From IMG/VR virus record IMGVR_UViG_3300028840_003497, positions 32,001 to 96,000 of that record: a stretch of 64,000 nt of DNA. One strand, given 5' to 3'. Position 1 is the first letter of the stretch, and the number at the start of each line of letters is the position of its first letter. A program made the translations under genes and the position numbers. A model generated the notes under the pieces. It searched no databases, was not told the origin of the DNA, and was given only the letters and a program-made list of their open reading frames with translations. This DNA comes from a virus. Shown in pieces: positions 10,011 through 20,113 of the stretch.

Positions 10011-11003
10011 TCAGTTTCCCAACGTGTCCTCACCACCGATTCGATCCAAAGATTTATGGATCAGAGTGAGCACAGGTTTGATCTCCGATATGAACTCGTC
10101 CACTTCCATCACATCTTCGTCGATCCTACCGGCATCCCAGGACGCCAAGACAGGCTCGTAAGCCTCTGTGAAAACGCGGGTCACGGCCTCGTCGTTGAAC
10201 TCCTCGGAAAGGAGATCGAACACATTGCCGATCATCTCAATCAACTCATCGCGCAGAGTCTCGGATGCTTCCTGGCTGTCCTCCATGAGACCCATCAGCT
10301 CGGCTGCGAACGGAGACTCGACTCCCTCTCGCCTGGCCGCCACACGAGCAGATTTGCGCTCAGATTTCTTGCCAGCGCCACCCTTCGCCCACTTTTTCTT
10401 TTTGCGACTTTCCTTGGCCACTTTACCTGCTCCGCCCATCGCCTTCACGGTGGGCTCACATCCTGGTTTCCCCTTCTTGGCGCGAGTACCCTCGGGACAC
10501 TGCCTGGATTTCTTTTTCGTAGTCTTGCCAGCCACGTGACGCCTGACAACCTTGGCGGCCCTCTCGGCAATCAGGAAGTCGACGACCTCCTCGGCCCGCT
10601 CCTTCAGCTCATCAGAAGCATCCTCTGGGAGTTCCTTGGACTTTAGTGCCTCCAGGATCTCATCGATGTCCTCAGACTTGAGACCCTCAAAAGGAATCTC
10701 CATAATAGCATCGAAAAGCTCGATGTTGACCCCGACAGCCTCCAAGGGATCGATGCTTTCATCCTGATCGTCGCCCTCTTGGTCATCGTCCTCGGCCTTC
10801 TTGTACCCACACTTTGTACACTTGCCGTCCTTCATGTCGGCCTTGCACTTCGGGCACATCTTGTCCTCTTCCTCAACAGAATCATTGGTGCCCTCGGTCA
10901 GCGGGATGCCGCCGAGTAGTGCTTGCTCCTGCATGTTGAATCCTGGAATACCAAGGCCCTGCAGATCCTCATCGAGAGAGGTGTTGATGGTACGCTTTCC
11001 CAT
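10011..11003 (-). CDS. Putative prohead core protein (Zn ribbon, acidic and very basic segments)
   Basis: GAGGAG RBS; CPKC...CTKC; K/R-rich RQCPEG segment; lies between portal and protease like T4 gp67/68. Confidence 0.55.
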   Translation of the reverse strand: MGKRTINTSLDEDLQGLGIPGFNMQEQALLGGIPLTEGTNDSVEEEDKMCPKCKADMKDGKCTKCGYKKAEDDDQEGDDQDESIDPLEAVGVNIELFDAIMEIPFEGLKSEDIDEILEALKSKELPEDASDELKERAEEVVDFLIAERAAKVVRRHVAGKTTKKKSRQCPEGTRAKKGKPGCEPTVKAMGGAGKVAKESRKKKKWAKGGAGKKSERKSARVAARREGVESPFAAELMGLMEDSQEASETLRDELIEMIGNVFDLLSEEFNDEAVTRVFTEAYEPVLASWDAGRIDEDVMEVDEFISEIKPVLTLIHKSLDRIGGEDTLGN

Positions 11004-11007
11004 TGTT

Positions 11008-11871
11008 CTACTCCTCATTGTTGGTGGGCTGTGACCTTATTTTCATGTAGGTGGTCACGACAGCCATTGTTTTTGCTCGCTCAGCAAGCCTGTCATGTGC
11101 TTCTGCCATGCGCCCGACATCTTCGGTTCGCATCAACTTTTCGGCCTTGCCGAGCAAGCCACCAATGACCTGCGCTTCAACTTTCAACGATCCACAGATA
11201 GCACTAAAAAACTCATCTTGATCCTGATCAAACACCATCTTGGCACATTCGTCAACCATCTCCGTTACCAAGTTAGCAACGAGAGTTAACCCTTCGCGCA
11301 ACTCCCCTTCAAATTCCGGGAGCTTAGATGATGCTATTTTTTTAAATTTTGTAGACGGGAATGGAGCCTCGATCTCGCGAATTTTTCCATACAAGGTCGT
11401 GCGAATTTGCTCCGCGTTAGCCTCGTACATTCCAAACCAATCCGCATTGACAATAGCCTCGTCAATCTGATCCAGCACTTCTGATACCCAGTAATGTTCG
11501 TCTTTGGTCAGAAGCTGAGACACTTCGCGAACTTGAGTTCGCGACAATCCTTTTCCCTTTGCAACCCCTTCAGACAATACTCGCAACCGATCAGCAACGA
11601 AACGCGGGATGTCCTCATCCTCGATGACTGGAATATCCTTCGTAGGCTTCGCCTTGATGCCCTTCACGTCGTCACCCTCGATTTCATAAGTAACCTTTAA
11701 AATCTGACCATCGGAATCCATTGCATAGGCATGCTTGGCGTGGGATGCGATAACACGCACTGGGGAATCCCCGAAATGCTCGGTGATAGAATTCTGAATA
11801 ATCAGAGATCGGTGCTCCAGGCTGTTTTTGAACTTTTTATCGATCGCTGAACCCTGAATATACGGCATCAT
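11008..11871 (-). CDS. Hypothetical head-module protein
   Basis: 287-aa helical ORF directly downstream of the portal. Confidence 0.65.
   Translation of the reverse strand: MMPYIQGSAIDKKFKNSLEHRSLIIQNSITEHFGDSPVRVIASHAKHAYAMDSDGQILKVTYEIEGDDVKGIKAKPTKDIPVIEDEDIPRFVADRLRVLSEGVAKGKGLSRTQVREVSQLLTKDEHYWVSEVLDQIDEAIVNADWFGMYEANAEQIRTTLYGKIREIEAPFPSTKFKKIASSKLPEFEGELREGLTLVANLVTEMVDECAKMVFDQDQDEFFSAICGSLKVEAQVIGGLLGKAEKLMRTEDVGRMAEAHDRLAERAKTMAVVTTYMKIRSQPTNNEE
11527..11542. repeat. Dispersed palindrome copy 3 (extends to 20 bp), intragenic
   Basis: TCGCGAACTTGAGTTCGCGA. Confidence 0.85.
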
Positions 11872-11877
11872 TAACCC

Positions 11878-14800
11878 CTATCCCGAGATTGCCCTTTTCC
11901 GAATAGTCTTCTCAATTTCGACCATCCTTCGATCGAGCTTCTCAAATCTTTTTAACACTTCTGGAAACGTTTGACCAGCCTCTTGTAATACCTTCTTCAG
12001 GCCAATCAACTCACTACCCATCTTTGATTCTTGTGATAAACCAGCAGCACCTTTCCCCTCGGGCATGTCCTGAAGCTGCGGATACATACGCATTATATCT
12101 GCCTGCGTCGACGCTTCCTTCTTCATTTCACCGTCGACCTCATCCTCTTTGTCCTTAGAAATAAGACTCGCGTCATCATCTGTGAAGTGGAAGACATGCT
12201 GCAGGATCCATGGTTTGCTCGCCCACTCTGCCATCGAGGACGCGAGGGCCGCCTGTGCATTCATCACTTCAATTTGCTGCATTTCGAAGATCGCACTCGG
12301 AACGGTCATTTTAAGCTTCCACTCAATGGAGTCCGGATCAATGTTCAACGCCGCCATGTGGATCCGCAGAACCTTCCGCATCCCCATTATAAACTCACGC
12401 TGAACCCTCATGCACGCTCTCGCGAACCGTACATCCGCAGCCGACAGAGTCTTATCCGTCTCGCCACGATCATCACCAATCCCCAGATATCCCCTGGGAA
12501 CTTTGACTGCCGTGACGAGTTTACCCTGGAAGTACTCGACGTCATCCATCATCTGAACATCTGGCCCAGCAATGGTCTCGATCCTCGTAGATTCCTTGCC
12601 ACCCCGCGTAGGGATCCAGAAATCCTCATGTGGGCTGTTGCATACGACGACGCCAGCAGCAACACCGAAGTTATGACACCCATCAACAGTCAACGTGTAG
12701 GTATCTTCACGCTCCTTCAAGCGCTCGACAGAGACAACCTTGTGGTTAAAGGAACAAACACTCTCCTTAAATTCTGAAAAATCCTTGTAACCATGCGACC
12801 GATATGCCTTCAGAAGTAAATGGCGATGCGCTTTTTCAATCTTTCGAGGACTACCATCATTCAGCAATCTAAGTGCTTCCTTGTCCGAGCTTACAAACCC
12901 AGCAACAGCGTCCGCACTCGAACCCGGATTCTGACGCACAAATCTCTCTATTACATCTATGAATTCGCGAGAATACGATATTGTCCTAAATTCAGAATAC
13001 GCTTCTCTCGCATCATCAGTCCAGTACGCCTTCATCGCATCACTGCGAATCGCATTGTCCTGGGCGTGTTTCGGAGATCTGTTGTACTCCCGGATATGCC
13101 TCGCGCTATCCCTCCTCCGGTTCGTCTCGCTAATCATAGCAGACTTGCGATCCCTGTACCCAGGATCTTCGTGTAGCTTTTTCAAAGTTCGTGAAGCCGC
13201 GTCCTTGAGTCGCTGATCAAGGGCAGGATCATGTTTACGAGCCTCCGCAAGAGCCGCTCCTCCCATCTGACCAAGACGACAATGGTGCTCTGAATGCTCC
13301 TTGCGGGTCATGCTCTTCAGGAACCGAGGATCGTTGTTCAACTTACCCTGGTCGTGATGGATCAGTTTCCCCTTCTCGTAGATGCCACATGCACGAGCCA
13401 CCATGCGGTGCGTGTAAACATACTTCTTGGTCGCCGGATCGTAGACCTTTTCATACCCATCCAGACTGTCACCCTTGTCGAAAGAGGAAGCCGTTCGACG
13501 AAGCGGCATCAGCGAATCACCACATGCCAGATCCTCAGCATCCCGAACCTCGCCGCTCCTAAGAACGCATTTATGATCGGGCGTAACACGGAAAGATTCA
13601 CCATTATCCAATGTAACCCGGACCAACTCTGCATTTTTTCTGGTCTTGCCAGCCCAGACAACCTTGCCCGGAACAATCTTGTTACCATTCTTTCGGTCAA
13701 CACCATAGACCCACTGATCATCGCCAGATTTAAACGCTTCGGCCATCTCCACAACGGTCTTCTGCGTTCCATCCAGCATCGGAATCTCAGTATCCGCCGC
13801 GACGCAAAGAGGATTGTATCGAAAGTCCAATTTGCCAGTCGATGGATCGACCAGCTTAACCTTCTTGTATCCTCTCTTGACTTTCTTGACGAGCGCCATC
13901 GCTTCCTTCGGTGGGAGGTCTCCAGTGTCTACATAGAATGCAAACCGGCCAGGTGCCCTAGTCAACTTCTGGACGAGCGCAGTGTCCTCCATCAGCATGA
14001 GCCGCTTCCAGATCCAACGCGCCGAATCGAGTACGCTGTACCCATACTGCGCTCTCATCATCTTGGATCGGAGACGCCAATGAACAACCTGCCACGGATG
14101 AAAGAACGTAACTTTGGCCTTGCCTGGCTCGTCTTCCTTTTCCGTCGGAAGCTGCCCCTTCTTCATATGTTCAACGACAACGCCATACTCGAAATTAAAA
14201 GCCCCGCTCGCGTCCTGCACGAAACCAACGAGAGATCCCTTCTCGTCAACAATGCGTCGCATCGTCGGAACCGGCAACCAGTTCAAACCTACGACACCCT
14301 TCTCGTTGACTAATATCTCGGCGAAACAATTGCCGTACTTACTCAACGTCCGAACAGCAACCCAGATGTCTTCCTCGATGCGACACCTCCGATGCATACA
14401 GTCGTCAACAATATCACGGATCACTCTGTCGCGGGATATCCCCCAGATGGTCTTGCCATGAACACTGTCAGGAATCGTGGAGTCGTCGGAGTAGTAGTCC
14501 AGGGCCGCCGAATTGTGAACCACAACACCGTTGCAGACAAAGTTCGCATACCCCGGAACCGTCAAGTCGTACACCGGTTCGCCTCCTTCGATAGGCTCCA
14601 CCGACATCACACGATGATTTGCAGAGGCGCTCAGAAGATCATGTTCAACAGCTGCACGCTTTGCCTTGCTCCAGGAAACACCAAGAATCCTGGCCGCCCC
14701 AGCAATGTTTCCACCAGACTCAAGAGCAGCCTCAACATCTTCTCGGCCTAGATCGATACGATTCGGCTGTGCAAGACCGATCTTCTTCCGCCACTCCTCA

Positions 14801-15747
14801 TCCTTGGGTTTCCCTCTATTGGAATCTGATATCTTGCGACGAGCCTCATCGCTCATCACAGATCCTCTCCGATATGTGTTTCCACGCATTCGGAGGGCCA
14901 TAGCTGCCCGACGTCCCTCGGTCCACTCTGGGAAATATTCACTATTATCCAGGTCTGCGATATGACGATGAGCGTGTTCCGACAAACTCACACCCTCCAG
15001 ATTCTCCGGAGCATTATTGAGTTGATTCCCGTCCTTGTGATGGACGTGAGGAGCACCAACATCCCCATTGATCAACTCCGCCACCAGACGATGAACCCAC
15101 GTCCACCTCTGCTGCCTATCCTTGCGACCACCCTCGATCTTGGAATCGGCATGAGGCTGATGCACCTGCCAGTACGGTTGACTCTCAGCCGAGTTCAAAC
15201 TCCGCATCCTGACAGCCCCTGGCATCAACCGATCCCCACGCGACAGATTCCCAGCCTCAACCCAGAATCCATCTTTCCCCATGAAAAGATGATCGGCTGT
15301 GCAACGAATCGCCCTCCCATCATCAAGAATCACACGAACCATTGGCTTGTTGTGCCCAGGCTTCCCCGTCATCCTCGCGTCGCACGCCTTTGCAGGAACC
15401 AGAGACTTCAGATCCTGATCATAGGCCAAGACATGGAAGTTTTCCTGCGTCTCAACCAATTCATGAATCTGCACCCACCCTCGTTCGACAGTAAAAATGA
15501 GCGAATCCCCAGCGAGACATGTCTCCACATAGTCATCCATGTTCTCGTAGTCGGCGTAGCGCCGCATAAGGTCAGAGTCAACAGCGAGTTCTTGATGGAG
15601 CGCGGTGTATCCCTCATTGCCCGACACACCCCACGAGGATCCTGCTTCCGAAGGTGCCGCCCCTATCGACACACCACGCGCCTCATCAGCAATCTGCTGA
15701 TCCTTGTCGCGTTTAGCGAATATGCTTATCCAGTCACGCCATCCCAT
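11878..15747 (-). CDS. gp20: Portal protein, T4 gp20-like, with two inteins (spliced ~563 aa)
   Basis: YG.SVLD.AR..WK.L.LMED..LV..LTRAP.RFAFYVDTG.LP, EDFWIP.RGG...T.IETI.G, DVEYF..KL..A.KVP. Confidence 0.92.
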   Translation of the reverse strand: MGWRDWISIFAKRDKDQQIADEARGVSIGAAPSEAGSSWGVSGNEGYTALHQELAVDSDLMRRYADYENMDDYVETCLAGDSLIFTVERGWVQIHELVETQENFHVLAYDQDLKSLVPAKACDARMTGKPGHNKPMVRVILDDGRAIRCTADHLFMGKDGFWVEAGNLSRGDRLMPGAVRMRSLNSAESQPYWQVHQPHADSKIEGGRKDRQQRWTWVHRLVAELINGDVGAPHVHHKDGNQLNNAPENLEGVSLSEHAHRHIADLDNSEYFPEWTEGRRAAMALRMRGNTYRRGSVMSDEARRKISDSNRGKPKDEEWRKKIGLAQPNRIDLGREDVEAALESGGNIAGAARILGVSWSKAKRAAVEHDLLSASANHRVMSVEPIEGGEPVYDLTVPGYANFVCNGVVVHNSAALDYYSDDSTIPDSVHGKTIWGISRDRVIRDIVDDCMHRRCRIEEDIWVAVRTLSKYGNCFAEILVNEKGVVGLNWLPVPTMRRIVDEKGSLVGFVQDASGAFNFEYGVVVEHMKKGQLPTEKEDEPGKAKVTFFHPWQVVHWRLRSKMMRAQYGYSVLDSARWIWKRLMLMEDTALVQKLTRAPGRFAFYVDTGDLPPKEAMALVKKVKRGYKKVKLVDPSTGKLDFRYNPLCVAADTEIPMLDGTQKTVVEMAEAFKSGDDQWVYGVDRKNGNKIVPGKVVWAGKTRKNAELVRVTLDNGESFRVTPDHKCVLRSGEVRDAEDLACGDSLMPLRRTASSFDKGDSLDGYEKVYDPATKKYVYTHRMVARACGIYEKGKLIHHDQGKLNNDPRFLKSMTRKEHSEHHCRLGQMGGAALAEARKHDPALDQRLKDAASRTLKKLHEDPGYRDRKSAMISETNRRRDSARHIREYNRSPKHAQDNAIRSDAMKAYWTDDAREAYSEFRTISYSREFIDVIERFVRQNPGSSADAVAGFVSSDKEALRLLNDGSPRKIEKAHRHLLLKAYRSHGYKDFSEFKESVCSFNHKVVSVERLKEREDTYTLTVDGCHNFGVAAGVVVCNSPHEDFWIPTRGGKESTRIETIAGPDVQMMDDVEYFQGKLVTAVKVPRGYLGIGDDRGETDKTLSAADVRFARACMRVQREFIMGMRKVLRIHMAALNIDPDSIEWKLKMTVPSAIFEMQQIEVMNAQAALASSMAEWASKPWILQHVFHFTDDDASLISKDKEDEVDGEMKKEASTQADIMRMYPQLQDMPEGKGAAGLSQESKMGSELIGLKKVLQEAGQTFPEVLKRFEKLDRRMVEIEKTIRKRAISG
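12637..13806 (-). mobile_element. Intein 2 in portal (390 aa) with HNH endonuclease
   Basis: RYNPL|CVAADT...TPDH...VVVCN|SPHED; HNH motif THRMV...IHHDQGKLNND...EHSEHH. Confidence 0.9.
14512..15519 (-). mobile_element. Intein 1 in portal (336 aa) with HNH endonuclease and NUMOD3-like motifs
   Basis: DYVET|CLAGDS...TADH...VYDL...VVVHN|SAALD; VHRLVA...VHHKDGNQLNNAPENL...EH...H. Confidence 0.92.
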
Positions 15748-15750
15748 GCA

Positions 15751-18700
15751 TTAATCTCCAAACAGGATAGGCAAAAAATCCGAATCATCCACCGCTTCTT
15801 CTGCCATTGCTTTCGCATCTTCAAGGCCAACTTGAGAAACTGGAATCATTGGACTCACCCATGCATGCTCATGCCTACCCTTCTTATGACTATCAGTTCC
15901 GAGACCGATTGGCAAGCGCGCTGTTCCCTGAGACAAACCGTAAACAACTCCAGCCACAGCATCACTAACATCTTTGGATCCAGCCTGCGGGTGATCGATT
16001 TTCCCCCTCAACCTGTCATATTCTAGGGCCTTCATCTCATCAATAAATGGCTCATACCTGTGATATCGAATGCGATCCTCGTAAATAGCGCTCTTCAGTT
16101 CATCGTAGGGATCTGTCTTCTCATCCATGGAAATAAGCTCGCAATGAATCCCTCGCCGCTTAACTTGTTGGTGCATCTCCACATACTGATATTTATCTGT
16201 GCTGAACCCCATAAAAGAATACCCATGGGCCTGCAATTCATATACGAGCCTTCGCAAATCTGGCATATAGATCTGTTCGCCAGGTGGAGGGTTAATTCTC
16301 AAGAGCACATCAATGTGATAAAACGGTTCGTAATCGGTGAAACGAACCCCATCACCATCCCGACGAACAACCTCCACCCACCGATCAATATGCCCCACCG
16401 AGAAACCGGTACAGTCTCCGGAGAGAGATGTATCAATATGACACCATCTAAGCTTGTTTGGATTAATCCGTGGAATGTGCCCCGTCTCAATAAACCCCCC
16501 TGGAATACGCCGCTCGAACTCCTTGCACATCTCTCCCCATTTGAACTTGCCAGGGCCACCGGCTGTCCACTCACCCATTGAAAACGCATGTCTCACACGA
16601 TCATCAGCACAACTATCCACAGCTTCCACTCGCTGAATGTATGCCGAGATCGCCTGCGTCGAAATGCCACCAATATCACGAAGAGCGTTCTCGATGTCCG
16701 TCTCGAAGTCATTGAGATATTCAATCGGGATATCAATCAGCCACGCATCATTGTCCCTTAGATAGTCATCAGTAACATCATCATATTCGTCCTCCTCCAG
16801 TATCCGAGCCTTCATCGAGGACGAAGAACAGACGACCCAGAACTTCTCTCCGCAGAAATCCGTCTCAGGTTTGGCCGTCCATGGGGTGTGGTCGCGCACG
16901 AAAACATTCGGATCATTCACGCTCTCTTTTATCTTGCGCTCAGTAAAGCTCTCCAACGTGGCCGCAGACGAAGCGAGAATAACCATTCCAGGAAAGTCCC
17001 CACCGGCCTTCTGGAATCTGGATTTGATCCGGCGCAGAAGATTCCGGTAAACTTTTTCAACAGGATCGAAGTGGGCCGCCGTCTTGCGCTGACCAATCGT
17101 CGTGGTGATCTGCTGAGAACGACGTACAGGTGGAAAGTTGGTCTCGTCCAGCCCAACTGCGAACACGTTAGACCCGAGTATTCTTTCCGATCCGTATGAC
17201 CCAATGATCACCTTTATATTATTGGGGAAAACAGTGCTCTCTTTGGATATCTTAGGAGCGAACTTCTCCATAAAATAGATCGACTCGCGGACCTTGTCAT
17301 CTACGGCAGTCTTCATCACCTCCCGGGCCAGAATCAAGTTCTTGGAGATAAGAGGAATCACCATATCGGTACCGGACGACAGACCGAATGTCTTCTGTGG
17401 ATTCACGAGGCACGATAACTCGTACAGCACCCTACACAGAGCAATAGACAGCACGAAGGTGTTGTGAACAATGATTCCGTGAGCTGCAAAGTTTTGTGTC
17501 CCTGGCACCTCGATATCGTACACCGGCTCTAGAACTTCACTTTGGTCATAGCGCTCAACGCGATCCCAGAACACATTTCCCCACCACGAACACCAATCAG
17601 GGAGATCATATTTCTCGGCAAACCGCACAAAAACACCGTGCCCCATCTGCGATTTCATGGCAGGACGTGGCCACCATGCTGCACGGGGGAACGGCCCTAT
17701 TTCATTCCTTAGTCGCTTCATCACTGTTCTGTTCATCGGTGTGATGTCCACATTGGAATTCGGCTTCACGAACTCAAGTTCACGAACGGCATCCCTGCAC
17801 GCATCCTCCTTCCCTAATACCTCTCCGATCGATTCCACGAACCTCAGCACGTTATCACTTCCCAGGATCGACAAAGACCATGCCTCTGATGTCCGACTCT
17901 CACCGTCGTGCGAGTACGTCATCATCCGAGGCCGCACCCTTGAATGAATACCAAATCGCAACATCAACTGCTGAATGTCGAAGATGAATTTTTCGCTGGC
18001 AAGGGCAATCCCCACCTCCCAGTCACCGCCCTCCCTGCGACAAACCCAGCCATCACACGCCCATACCCTATTAAAAAACAACGCAAGTTGCCGATCATCA
18101 AGTCCATAAAATCCAGCAGGCACCCTCTTTTCAGTCGCCTTCTTGTGCAAACCATACTTCTCACGCATCCAAAGCGTAGAGAGCGGTCTAACCGTCCACG
18201 CACTTCCGGCGTTCTCAACGAAAGAACACCCTCTCCGCCCAGATCCACCGAACGCCAACCTCGCCGTCACGCTTTCAAACTCACAATGAATTTCAAAATT
18301 CTCGTTAGTGAAAGCCATACTATTTGTCGTGGTTCCTCCATCGGTCAGCATGTACGCAACCCACATCACCTCATCGTCTGACACGACAGGAGGCGATGAT
18401 GGTGCTGGCATCTCACGCGCAGTGGCAACCAGATCGCCGGGACGCAGATCGCCAACAGCGACGTACCCATCCGGCGTCAACACAGGATGATCAGGAGAGA
18501 GGCCCAGCCTCTTTCCGCTCGCCAATGTCAGATCACCACACTTCTTTAATCCGCTCTGCACCACGACACATCCGCGCTCACCCGTTACTCGACCATCAAA
18601 TGAAGCACAAGCGGACCCTCCAGTGGCCAGTGTCGCATCTTTTACATTGACCCTACTGCCTCTCACGGGATCGTAGATCTCCGTATCCCCACGGAGACAC

Positions 18701-19041
18701 TTACCAACTCCGATCCCGCCTGTCAGCACCACCTCTCGGTACGGGAAGTCAAAAAGATCGATCAAATCCTTCCTCAACTCCGGATACAGCGTCGAGCACG
18801 ACTCGCCCAGATAATAAGGATCTTCCAGGAACTGTTCCATGGATACCGGTCGCGTATGGTACCGGTGTTCGATCATTGTCTCGGTGACCAATATCTGCTC
18901 TTCTGGGTCGTCGTCGAGCATCCCAAACAGCAAGTCTTGTTCTTGATGAGTCAATGTAGAGATGATATCACCAGCCCGATTTTCGATTTCATCTGGGGTA
19001 AGCACAGACTTCTTGCGCCCGTGTTTGTTGGTGATAATCAC
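15751..19041 (-). CDS. terL: Terminase large subunit with intein (spliced ~683 aa)
   Basis: Walker A GGIGVGK|T split by the intein; Walker B VGLDE; RNase H-like HIDTS...D; DHP..GSKDVSDA; directly upstream of the portal. Confidence 0.9.
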   Translation of the reverse strand: MIITNKHGRKKSVLTPDEIENRAGDIISTLTHQEQDLLFGMLDDDPEEQILVTETMIEHRYHTRPVSMEQFLEDPYYLGESCSTLYPELRKDLIDLFDFPYREVVLTGGIGVGKCLRGDTEIYDPVRGSRVNVKDATLATGGSACASFDGRVTGERGCVVVQSGLKKCGDLTLASGKRLGLSPDHPVLTPDGYVAVGDLRPGDLVATAREMPAPSSPPVVSDDEVMWVAYMLTDGGTTTNSMAFTNENFEIHCEFESVTARLAFGGSGRRGCSFVENAGSAWTVRPLSTLWMREKYGLHKKATEKRVPAGFYGLDDRQLALFFNRVWACDGWVCRREGGDWEVGIALASEKFIFDIQQLMLRFGIHSRVRPRMMTYSHDGESRTSEAWSLSILGSDNVLRFVESIGEVLGKEDACRDAVRELEFVKPNSNVDITPMNRTVMKRLRNEIGPFPRAAWWPRPAMKSQMGHGVFVRFAEKYDLPDWCSWWGNVFWDRVERYDQSEVLEPVYDIEVPGTQNFAAHGIIVHNTFVLSIALCRVLYELSCLVNPQKTFGLSSGTDMVIPLISKNLILAREVMKTAVDDKVRESIYFMEKFAPKISKESTVFPNNIKVIIGSYGSERILGSNVFAVGLDETNFPPVRRSQQITTTIGQRKTAAHFDPVEKVYRNLLRRIKSRFQKAGGDFPGMVILASSAATLESFTERKIKESVNDPNVFVRDHTPWTAKPETDFCGEKFWVVCSSSSMKARILEEDEYDDVTDDYLRDNDAWLIDIPIEYLNDFETDIENALRDIGGISTQAISAYIQRVEAVDSCADDRVRHAFSMGEWTAGGPGKFKWGEMCKEFERRIPGGFIETGHIPRINPNKLRWCHIDTSLSGDCTGFSVGHIDRWVEVVRRDGDGVRFTDYEPFYHIDVLLRINPPPGEQIYMPDLRRLVYELQAHGYSFMGFSTDKYQYVEMHQQVKRRGIHCELISMDEKTDPYDELKSAIYEDRIRYHRYEPFIDEMKALEYDRLRGKIDHPQAGSKDVSDAVAGVVYGLSQGTARLPIGLGTDSHKKGRHEHAWVSPMIPVSQVGLEDAKAMAEEAVDDSDFLPILFGD
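17461..18699 (-). mobile_element. Intein in terminase P-loop (413 aa), LAGLIDADG type
   Basis: GVGK|CLRGDT...SPDHP...VAYMLTDG...RVWACDGW...VYDIEV...IIVHN|TF. Confidence 0.92.
17768..17783. repeat. Dispersed palindrome copy 4 (ACGAACTCAAGTTCAC), inside the terminase intein
   Basis: 12-bp core intact. Confidence 0.6.
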
Positions 19042-19042
19042 C

Positions 19043-20113
19043 CTATTTCTTCTTTCTGGTGTTGTTGCTCGTTAGGCGACTCTTCACATTTCCTCGAACA
19101 CTCGGCTTCCTTGGTCCAGGTGGAAGATTTGGCTTCGGAGCCCTGCGAATCGGCTCCATCTCCACCTCTTTCTCCTTTGGTGGAGGTGCTGGAGCTTCAG
19201 CCTCTTCCAGATCGTCATCTTCTTCTTTTCCGTCATCGTCATCGTCGTCCGTATCCAAAGCCTCCACGCGCTCGTCCATCCCCTCATCAGGCTTGCTAAA
19301 GTCCTCGCGTACATCACTCCAGTCCGGATCCTGTGGGGCTTCCTCCTCATGGTCTGCCCCGTTGTCACCGTCAAACTCGTCGGGCACGTCGTCGGCGTCT
19401 GTGGCCTCGTACTCAACGTCCACGATTTGTGACTCATCATCTTCAAGATTCATGTGATCCCCTAACTGCATTGGAGTTCCGTCTTGATTGCGAAGATTCC
19501 CGGCCCGTTTGATAGCCCCAAGAGCAGCCAGTACGCGCCCGCGAGACACGGGATCCTTGAACGCATCCGACGCCCCAGCCCCGTATTTGTTTTTGATGTA
19601 TTCGACACGCTCCGCCGAAACCGTGATCGTGCCCAAGTCCCGCGATCCCACCAATCCCAGGTCCATCTTGATGCTGTGGATCCTGGTAATGATCGACTCC
19701 ATCCGTTTGTCAATTTTGTCGACCTGCGGGTTGATATTTCCGGTCATCCGCTCCTCGGCATGGAGCACGTCGAATCGATACTGCTGGGCGTTATACTGAT
19801 CCTCCAGCCGCTCCAACTCCTTCATCTTATTGGCGAACTTCTTCTCTGCGGTGGCGAACACACGAGGGAGCGTGGAATGGATCATTCCACCCTCTCGCAT
19901 AGACTGCCTGAATCTCTTTAACATTTCGATCAGAGATGAACGTTTGACGTCGCGGTACTCGTTCATCCTGCTCTGGATAAAATTCGCTACCGCAGATGGA
20001 GGATACCCTGCATACAGCATCTCTTCGACCTGAACATAGCATTTTAGACTACGTATTCTCTTGAATTTGTCGATCGATCTGCTCGCTGTCTCAGCCTTTA
20101 CGCAGCTTCCCAT
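19043..20113 (-). CDS. Probable terminase small subunit with long acidic tail
   Basis: Immediately upstream of terL; helical N-terminus, D/E-rich then basic C-terminus; start uncertain. Confidence 0.5.
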   Translation of the reverse strand: MGSCVKAETASRSIDKFKRIRSLKCYVQVEEMLYAGYPPSAVANFIQSRMNEYRDVKRSSLIEMLKRFRQSMREGGMIHSTLPRVFATAEKKFANKMKELERLEDQYNAQQYRFDVLHAEERMTGNINPQVDKIDKRMESIITRIHSIKMDLGLVGSRDLGTITVSAERVEYIKNKYGAGASDAFKDPVSRGRVLAALGAIKRAGNLRNQDGTPMQLGDHMNLEDDESQIVDVEYEATDADDVPDEFDGDNGADHEEEAPQDPDWSDVREDFSKPDEGMDERVEALDTDDDDDDGKEEDDDLEEAEAPAPPPKEKEVEMEPIRRAPKPNLPPGPRKPSVRGNVKSRLTSNNTRKKK

